NCBI RefSeq assembly: GCF_000092105.1
Contig: NC_014148.1
Coordinates: 3,870,001 to 3,902,000 of the forward strand
DNA: 32,000 bases
Direction of reading: 5' to 3'
From: Planctopirus limnophila DSM 3776
GTDB lineage: Bacteria > Planctomycetota > Planctomycetia > Planctomycetales > Planctomycetaceae
Below are positions 25,880 to 32,000 of the stretch, one piece after another. The first letter of the stretch is position 1, and each line of letters begins with the position of its first letter. Under the pieces are notes generated by a model. The model did not search any database, had not been told where the DNA came from, and saw only the letters and a program-made list of their open reading frames with translations. A program made the translations under genes and the position numbers.

Positions 25880-28800
25880 GTGTCTGAAATGTCAGGCTCC
25901 CTGTGTTGGCATGATGAGTTTTCCTGGCGATCGCTCATGTCGCGAGTCTGCCACAAGCCAACTTTTGATCCTCGAATGATCCTCCTGCCAAAGAACCTCT
26001 TCATGCGTCGAGATCCAACTTCCAAAAACCGTACGGCCGATGAAGTGAATCCGCGCGATCTGTTTTCCGATCTTGAACCCGAGCCACAATCTCAGCTCCC
26101 ACCTGCAATCACTCCTTCGCCCGAAGACTCTCAAACAACCGAGCAATCTCCAGCGGCGATGAATTCTCCAGGCACAGAGAGCACTAAAGACACCGCTGTT
26201 CCCACAATACCCAGGGAACGCGCCTGGCTGATCGATGTGTTCGGCGTCATGTTCCAGGTGTTCCATGCCATCCCGCCGATGACCAGCCCTGCTGGTCAGC
26301 CAACCAATGCGGTCTTTGGCTTTTGCCGCGATCTCCTGTGGCTCATCGAAAAGCAGAAGCCCACCTGGCTCATCTGCGCCATGGATAGCCCGGGCCCCGG
26401 GATTCGCGAATCGTGGTATCCAGAATACAAGGCAAATCGTACCGAGATGCCCGAAGATCTCAGACCACAAATCCCTCTCCTGAAAGAGGTTTTCGAAGCC
26501 TTTGGACTCCCCATCATTCAGCAGGATGGCTGGGAAGCTGACGACGTACTCGCTTCGCTGGCTGCACAATTTGCCAGGCATGGAACAGATGTCGCCATTG
26601 TCACGAATGATAAAGATGCCCGCCAACTCCTGACGCCGCAAATTCAGATCTATAACCTCAGGAAAATGACCTGGTTCAACGAAGCCTCCTTGCTCGAAGA
26701 GTGGGGCATCAGGCCTGATCAGGTAGTGGACTTTCAAGGACTGGTCGGGGATGCCGTCGATAACGTACCCGGTGTGCCGCTGGTCGGGCCCAAAAAGGCA
26801 GCGGCTCTCTTGCAGCAGTTTGAGACTTTGGAAGGGGTTCTGGCCCATGCCGATCAGGCCCCGGGTGCCAAGCTGAAAGAAAACCTGAAGAACTTTGCGG
26901 AACAAGCCCGGCTCAGCCAGAAACTCGTCCGGCTCAACACAGAACTTCAACTCGATTTTGACCCGGAAGCGGGCCGACACTTCCGTCCCGATGTAGAAAA
27001 GCTGCAGGCACTGTTCCGGCGCTTAGGCTTCCGTAAACTGGTCGATGAAGCCGCCAGAGTCCTGGGACAGGTTCCATCCTCCGCAGCGAGCACAACTCAA
27101 AATTCGGCGACCACTACACCATCGTTGAATGATGGGAATCCTGCTGAGAATTCACTCTTCTCAGCGCCTGAAAACAACACTGTGGTACCATCCAAGCCTT
27201 TACAAAGGCTGGAGCGAACCTGGGAAATGGTGAACACTCCGGAAGGACTCGCAGCGCTCTCCCGGCAATTGCCATTGCTCACGCAAATCTGCATCGATCT
27301 GGAAACAACCGGGCTCGACCCTTTGCGAGATGAAATCGTGGGCTGGGCCATTGCCTGGGCAGCCCAGCATGGCCAGCCAGGCAGGGCGGTTTATCTGCCT
27401 GTCCTCGGGCCTCCAGGAAGCGTGCTGCTTGACGGAACTGCAGTCGTTCAGACGCTCAAGCCCATTCTCGAAAATCCCCAATGCCAACTGATCAATCAGA
27501 ATGTGAAGTTTGACCTGCTGGCCATGCGCAAGGTGGGGATTCGACCCGCCACCATCGGGCTGGACACCATGGTGGGTGACTACCTGCTCGATGCGGGAGC
27601 GCGTTCGCATAACTTGGAAGTTCTGGGGCAAAAGTATCTCTCTGCCGCCACGATTCCGATCTCGGATCTGCTGGGAAGTGGCAAAAACCAGAAGACCATG
27701 AATCAGATCGAGATCGAGCGCGTCGCCGAGTATGCCACCGAAGATGCTGAACTGGTCGTGCGCATGGCACCCATCATTGAATCACAACTCCAGGAGGCTG
27801 GACTTTGGAAGCTGTACGATGAAGTTGAAAAGCCGCTGATTCCGGTACTGGCCGATATGGAGTTCAAAGGGATCAAGGTCGATGTCCCTGAACTCGAACG
27901 GCAGAGCCAGGAGCTATCGATCACGCTGGCCCGGTTGATGTCCGAAATTCATGAACTGGCGGGCCGGGAGTTCAATATCGATTCCCCTATGCAATTGCGA
28001 AAAATCCTCTTTGAAGAACTAAAGCTGCCAGTTCAAAAGAAAACCAAGACTGGCCCCAGTACCGATCAGGAAGTGCTCGAACTTCTGGCACCCTTGCATC
28101 CTTTGCCTGCGAAAATTACCGAGCACAGGCATCTGACCAAGCTCAAAGGGACATACCTCGATGCACTGCCACTCCTGGTTCATCCGCAGTCGGGGCGTAT
28201 TCATACCTCGTTCAATCAGGTGGTGGCTGCGACCGGCCGGTTAAGTTCCAGCGATCCGAATCTGCAGAATATCCCTATTCGGACTCCAGAAGGGAGCCGC
28301 ATTCGCAGGGCCTTTGTTTCGTGCGACCCGGAGTGGCGACTTGTCTGTGCCGATTACTCGCAGATCGAACTACGCATGCTGGCCCATTTCAGCCAGGATC
28401 CGGCACTGGTTTCCGCTTTTGAACACGGTGAGGACATCCATCGCCTCGTGGCGGCTCAAGTGCATCAGGTGGCCCTGGAAGATGTCACCAGTGACATGCG
28501 CCGCATTGCGAAAGCGGTGAATTTCGGCGTGATGTACGGCCAGAGCCCTTATGGTCTCAGTGCCGCACTCGGGATTAGCCGAGAAGCCGCCACGACTTTT
28601 ATCGATGAGTATTTTACGAGGTATGCAGGTGTCACGACCTTTATGGAAAACGTGCTCGATGAATGCCTCGCAACTGGCTATGCACGGACAATCCTTGGTC
28701 GCCGCCGGCCCATTGAGGGAGTACGCGGCCCCCGTGAACGCAATCGAAATCGAAACATGGCCGAACGCACGGGGATCAACACGGTAATTCAAGGGTCAGC

Positions 28801-29032
28801 TGCTGATCTGATCAAAATGGCGATGATTCGAGTTCATCATCGGCTCGAACGCGAGAATCATCCGGGGCAACTTCTGTTACAGATTCATGATGAACTCGTT
28901 CTCGAAGCTCCTGCTCATCTGGCAGAAGAGTTGGGTGCCCTCGTCAGTGAAGAAATGACAAAGGCCTTACCTTTGGATGTCCCACTGGAAGTGGATGTGG
29001 CCATTGGTACCAACTGGCTCGACGCTCAATAA
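25880..29032 (+). CDS. polA: DNA polymerase I (5'-nuclease, 3'-5' exonuclease and family A polymerase domains)
   Basis: All three domains are present. The 5'-nuclease domain begins about RAWLIDVFGVMFQVFHA. The 3'-5' exonuclease motifs are DLETTG, NVKFD and YATEDA. Pol A motifs include DYSQIELRMLAH, KAVNFGVMYG and QIHDELVLE. The true start is uncertain: GTG at 25880, or in-frame ATGs at 25889, 25937, 25976 and 26003. Confidence 0.93.
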   Translation: MSEMSGSLCWHDEFSWRSLMSRVCHKPTFDPRMILLPKNLFMRRDPTSKNRTADEVNPRDLFSDLEPEPQSQLPPAITPSPEDSQTTEQSPAAMNSPGTESTKDTAVPTIPRERAWLIDVFGVMFQVFHAIPPMTSPAGQPTNAVFGFCRDLLWLIEKQKPTWLICAMDSPGPGIRESWYPEYKANRTEMPEDLRPQIPLLKEVFEAFGLPIIQQDGWEADDVLASLAAQFARHGTDVAIVTNDKDARQLLTPQIQIYNLRKMTWFNEASLLEEWGIRPDQVVDFQGLVGDAVDNVPGVPLVGPKKAAALLQQFETLEGVLAHADQAPGAKLKENLKNFAEQARLSQKLVRLNTELQLDFDPEAGRHFRPDVEKLQALFRRLGFRKLVDEAARVLGQVPSSAASTTQNSATTTPSLNDGNPAENSLFSAPENNTVVPSKPLQRLERTWEMVNTPEGLAALSRQLPLLTQICIDLETTGLDPLRDEIVGWAIAWAAQHGQPGRAVYLPVLGPPGSVLLDGTAVVQTLKPILENPQCQLINQNVKFDLLAMRKVGIRPATIGLDTMVGDYLLDAGARSHNLEVLGQKYLSAATIPISDLLGSGKNQKTMNQIEIERVAEYATEDAELVVRMAPIIESQLQEAGLWKLYDEVEKPLIPVLADMEFKGIKVDVPELERQSQELSITLARLMSEIHELAGREFNIDSPMQLRKILFEELKLPVQKKTKTGPSTDQEVLELLAPLHPLPAKITEHRHLTKLKGTYLDALPLLVHPQSGRIHTSFNQVVAATGRLSSSDPNLQNIPIRTPEGSRIRRAFVSCDPEWRLVCADYSQIELRMLAHFSQDPALVSAFEHGEDIHRLVAAQVHQVALEDVTSDMRRIAKAVNFGVMYGQSPYGLSAALGISREAATTFIDEYFTRYAGVTTFMENVLDECLATGYARTILGRRRPIEGVRGPRERNRNRNMAERTGINTVIQGSAADLIKMAMIRVHHRLERENHPGQLLLQIHDELVLEAPAHLAEELGALVSEEMTKALPLDVPLEVDVAIGTNWLDAQ

Positions 29033-29261
29033 ACATTTACTGAAATCTTTAAGGGACAGCTTCCTTCCGGCATTCATCAACAAATTCAATCGGAATTCTC
29101 GACAAAACCTTTCGATAGAGTGTCTCATCGAGTAGCGTGTTCAGCATGGTGATCGCTCGAACTTCTTCGAGAGTTCCCGTGTCGAACACCTGCCCGTCGA
29201 ACTTGCTACCAAGTCGTGATTTGAAGATCTGTTGACGATCAAGCGAGATACGAAAGGCTTC

Positions 29262-31169
29262 ATGAACCAGCCGATCCTTCGACCAGTTCGTTTGTTTCCT
29301 TTGCGGGCAGCTTCGATGATTCGTCGCTGCTGGGCATGGATCGGGCCATCTTTCGCCAACAGCCAGCAGCTCCTCAATAAAGCTCTGGTCATTGCCACCT
29401 GTGTGCTGGCTGCGCAATCGGCGTACGCTATTGACCTCGAATCTTCCAAATGGGGGCTCAGCGGAAATGTCGCCAAGCGGCAATTCAACCTGCTTTCGCT
29501 GGTGCTGCGTAATAACAGTCCTGAGGCGTACGATGGCTATGTACGCGTGAGAAAGTACATCGGCCCCTCTCCTGTCGATGTCTCTTATGTCGAGCCGGTG
29601 TTTCTCAGCCCGTATTCCGAGAGAATCGTGCAGTTGTATGTCTATGCAGGTGAATGGAACGAGACCTGGCAACTGACAATTGCCGATCAGCCAGGTTCGA
29701 TCACACTTCCATCACCAGCCCCTGCTCCTCCCGGTGTGGTGCATCTGGTTGGCAACCCGGCCTTAAGCCAGACACTGAATGGAATTCCTAAGGTGGCCGA
29801 CACCTATTTTCCGGTCTCGACCGCCGGTCTGAACGATGTCTCCCATATCCTGCTGGATCATCAACCCAACTGGGAAGAAGCACGAGCCCGGACACTGCTC
29901 GACTGGATTGCATTAGGTGGAGAACTGCATCTCATTCCCGGCAGTTCGGGTTCGTTACCCACATTGACTGGCCCTCTAGCTGTCCTCAATGCGCCGCTTG
30001 ACAGCCAGCGGATTCAGGCTGGCAAGGTGGTGAAGCATCAGAACAGTTTTACGAAACTCAATACCGAACAGATTTTCGCGCAGATTGGCCGCAAGAACCC
30101 GACTCCCGATAACCCCAATAACTATTACAACACCATCGACTACGAAGGCGGTGAATACTACAACCGCGGTTTCTTCAGTACGCTCAAAGAGATCAGCGAG
30201 CCCAAGCATTTATGGCCTCTGATTCATCTGCTGTCGTTGGCATACATTGCTCTCGTCTTTCCCGGCGCCTGGCTGCTCGGGCTGAAGTGGAAGAGTTACC
30301 AGATCACCTTTGCCGTCACGCTGGGGGCTGTGGTGATTTTTGGCGGGCTCTTTCAATTTCTGGGGCAGCGCGGTTATGGCGAAAAAACCCAGATCAACAG
30401 CGTGGCGATCTTAAGACCCGTCGCTGATAACGCCTGGGCTGTCGAAGGCTGGGGCAGTATGTTCGTGACCTCCAGCGGTCAAAGATCAATTCGCCATCAG
30501 GGAACCGGTTTATCGTATGCCACCTGCCAGTCTCAGGAAGCTGTCCAGGGAGTTGTTCGCAGCGGTACCGATGGTTCGATGAATGTAAACTTTCCGCCTT
30601 ATTCTCACCGTGAGTTTTCTTACCGGCAGAGAATTCTTCAGCCAGTTCCTCAAGTGCAATGGCTCCAGCTCAATGTGAATCAGGACGTGTCGCCACCCGA
30701 ATTGGTTTCGGGTGACTTGCTTGTCAGTGGGAAATTTCCCACGACACCCGGCAGTGCCTTTCTCGTGTGTGGCAAAGAGGTGAGGTCACTCTTTCCAGTG
30801 AATGCTCCCACCAATGAAAAAGCTGATGCGAACACCTCCGCAGGTTCCCAGGTGTGGAATGTCCGTGAAAAACGGGGAGAACTCTCCGCGTTTCTCGGCG
30901 GCGACTATGGCACGCCCTTTCCCTTTGCGAGTCAATCATCCCGAAAAATGGATCGGGAACAGATCCTCGAGAAACTCAAGCCATTGCTGACCGTCCGAGC
31001 GGCCAACATCTCTGAAAAATCATCGGACGGGATGATGGCTCTCCCCGCAGGTAAAGCTTACGCGATCTTCTTCGCTGACCCGCCACCCGAACTGGAACTG
31101 AAATCCAGCGATGGAATCCTCCAGCGAGGCTGGGCGGCTTACGTGCTGCCAGTTCCGCTGGAGCGATAG
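29262..31169 (+). CDS. Large hypothetical exported/membrane protein
   Basis: The ORF envelope starts at 29232 (TTG), with ATGs at 29262 (GAAAGG upstream) and 29316. It has a signal peptide ending ...LAAQSAYA, two central TM helices (LIHLLSLAYIALVFPGAWLL, ITFAVTLGAVVIFGGLF), and no recognisable family. An ABC ATPase gene follows 89 bp downstream. Confidence 0.7.
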   Translation: MNQPILRPVRLFPLRAASMIRRCWAWIGPSFANSQQLLNKALVIATCVLAAQSAYAIDLESSKWGLSGNVAKRQFNLLSLVLRNNSPEAYDGYVRVRKYIGPSPVDVSYVEPVFLSPYSERIVQLYVYAGEWNETWQLTIADQPGSITLPSPAPAPPGVVHLVGNPALSQTLNGIPKVADTYFPVSTAGLNDVSHILLDHQPNWEEARARTLLDWIALGGELHLIPGSSGSLPTLTGPLAVLNAPLDSQRIQAGKVVKHQNSFTKLNTEQIFAQIGRKNPTPDNPNNYYNTIDYEGGEYYNRGFFSTLKEISEPKHLWPLIHLLSLAYIALVFPGAWLLGLKWKSYQITFAVTLGAVVIFGGLFQFLGQRGYGEKTQINSVAILRPVADNAWAVEGWGSMFVTSSGQRSIRHQGTGLSYATCQSQEAVQGVVRSGTDGSMNVNFPPYSHREFSYRQRILQPVPQVQWLQLNVNQDVSPPELVSGDLLVSGKFPTTPGSAFLVCGKEVRSLFPVNAPTNEKADANTSAGSQVWNVREKRGELSAFLGGDYGTPFPFASQSSRKMDREQILEKLKPLLTVRAANISEKSSDGMMALPAGKAYAIFFADPPPELELKSSDGILQRGWAAYVLPVPLER

Positions 31170-31258
31170 ATTTTCCAAGCGACGGACCCGCACAGAATAC
31201 GACAACACTTTTAGCCCCATCCATGACGTTTTGAATCCATACGTCACCGAGGAAATTT

Positions 31259-32000
31259 ATGAATCACATGTCGGATGATGAAACTCAGGCGGTCCCTCCT
31301 GATCAAGTCCAGCAGCCGACTCCACTGGACAATGAAGACTTTGAAAAAGCGGCGTCTTCTCCCGCTGGTGCTGCTGAAGAGGCGTCAGATCAGATTGCCT
31401 GGGCCGATCCCAACCATGCGATCTCGCTGCATAACGTCACGCATCGTTATCAGGGAAAGAAGGCTCTGGATCGCGTCTCATTTGTCGTTGAAAAAGGAGC
31501 GCTGCATGGGTTCGTCGGGCCCAATGGAGCGGGTAAGACCACTTCGCTGAAACTGGTCTGCACGTTATTGCAGCCACAAGCCGGGCGCGTGCGCGTCTTT
31601 GGCGAAGATGTCGTCGATAACATTCGTAAAGTCCGCACGATGATCGGCTTCATGCCCGATCACTTCAGTACCTACCGGCAGATGACTGTCAACGAATATC
31701 TCGATTTCTTTGCAGCGGCCTATGGGTTGCCACCAGCCCGCCGCATCGAAGTGATCGAGCAGGTGCTGTCGCTGGTGGATATGAACCATCGCCAGAACGA
31801 TCTGATCAGCGGGCTTTCGCGAGGCATGCAGCAACGCGTGGGGTTGGCGCGAGTGCTGGTCAATGATCCGGAACTTTTACTGCTCGATGAACCAGCTTCA
31901 GGGCTGGATCCGCGAGCACGTATTGAGTTGATGGATATTTTGAGAGCCCTGCGGAGCATGGGCAAAACAATCTTCATCAGCTCGCATATTCTTTCGGAAC
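31259..32000 (+). CDS. ABC transporter ATP-binding protein (ABC-2/GldA-like), 3'-truncated by the window edge
   Basis: This frame is not in the ORF track because it has no stop inside the window. The ATG at 31259 is preceded by GAGGA. Walker A (GPNGAGKTT), signature (LSRGMQQR) and Walker B (LLLLDEP) are present, after an acidic N-terminal extension of about 60 aa. Confidence 0.9.
   Translation, partial: MNHMSDDETQAVPPDQVQQPTPLDNEDFEKAASSPAGAAEEASDQIAWADPNHAISLHNVTHRYQGKKALDRVSFVVEKGALHGFVGPNGAGKTTSLKLVCTLLQPQAGRVRVFGEDVVDNIRKVRTMIGFMPDHFSTYRQMTVNEYLDFFAAAYGLPPARRIEVIEQVLSLVDMNHRQNDLISGLSRGMQQRVGLARVLVNDPELLLLDEPASGLDPRARIELMDILRALRSMGKTIFISSHILSE

Noticed and set aside
25892-26980. 362-aa minus-strand ORF.
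   Set aside because: It is antisense to the polA 5'-nuclease domain, which has unmistakable motifs. This is a shadow ORF.
29049-29672. 207-aa minus-strand ORF downstream of polA.
   Set aside because: Its 5' two thirds overlap the signal-peptide-bearing plus-strand gene and look non-proteinaceous. Only the last ~60 codons (29049-29230) lie in free space and look protein-like, and they lack a good start or RBS. There is not enough support to call a CDS.
1-32000. Search for mobile elements, a CRISPR array, prophage or defence-island signatures.
   Set aside because: I found no transposase, integrase or recombinase-like ORFs, no regularly spaced direct repeats, no phage structural genes, and no obvious compositional break by eye. 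The window looks like core chromosome.

Overview
This is a gene-dense chromosomal segment with about 25 CDS on both strands. I saw no rRNA, tRNA, CRISPR array, transposase, integrase or phage genes. Gene content and architecture suggest a Planctomycetota-like genome; this is inference only. The signs are membrane-anchored hypotheticals with low-complexity linkers, an ECF sigma/zf-HC2 anti-sigma pair, Gfo/Idh/MocA and vWA proteins, and unusually long intergenic leaders.

Recognisable genes:
- a prkA - yeaH(DUF444) - [small secreted ORF] - spoVR stress/starvation operon (862-6336)
- an RNase Z-like MBL hydrolase and a Gfo/Idh/MocA oxidoreductase
- a stand-alone csrA
- an Lhr-core DExH helicase
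- a vWA/MIDAS membrane protein overlapping a helical-repeat protein
- a possible alkyltransferase-like (ATL) protein
- a LarA-fold protein and an HD phosphohydrolase
- an ECF sigma/anti-sigma pair
- a lipoprotein-type aldose 1-epimerase
- a membrane-anchored coiled-coil protein
- polA
- a large secreted/membrane hypothetical followed by an ABC ATPase that runs off the 3' edge

I found no clear novel multi-gene system such as a defence island. The most unusual signals are non-coding:
- A small family of hairpins shares an invariant 11-nt loop (AAGGCTTTGCG). They sit just 3' of three genes, two of them as an inverted pair with MITE-like geometry.
- A ~600-bp orphan, hairpin-rich gap lies at 23202-23804.
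- An ~860-bp repeat-rich leader precedes prkA.
- An exact match to the CsrA SELEX core lies in the csrA leader.

All functional calls come from reading the translated ORFs by eye. No database search was run.
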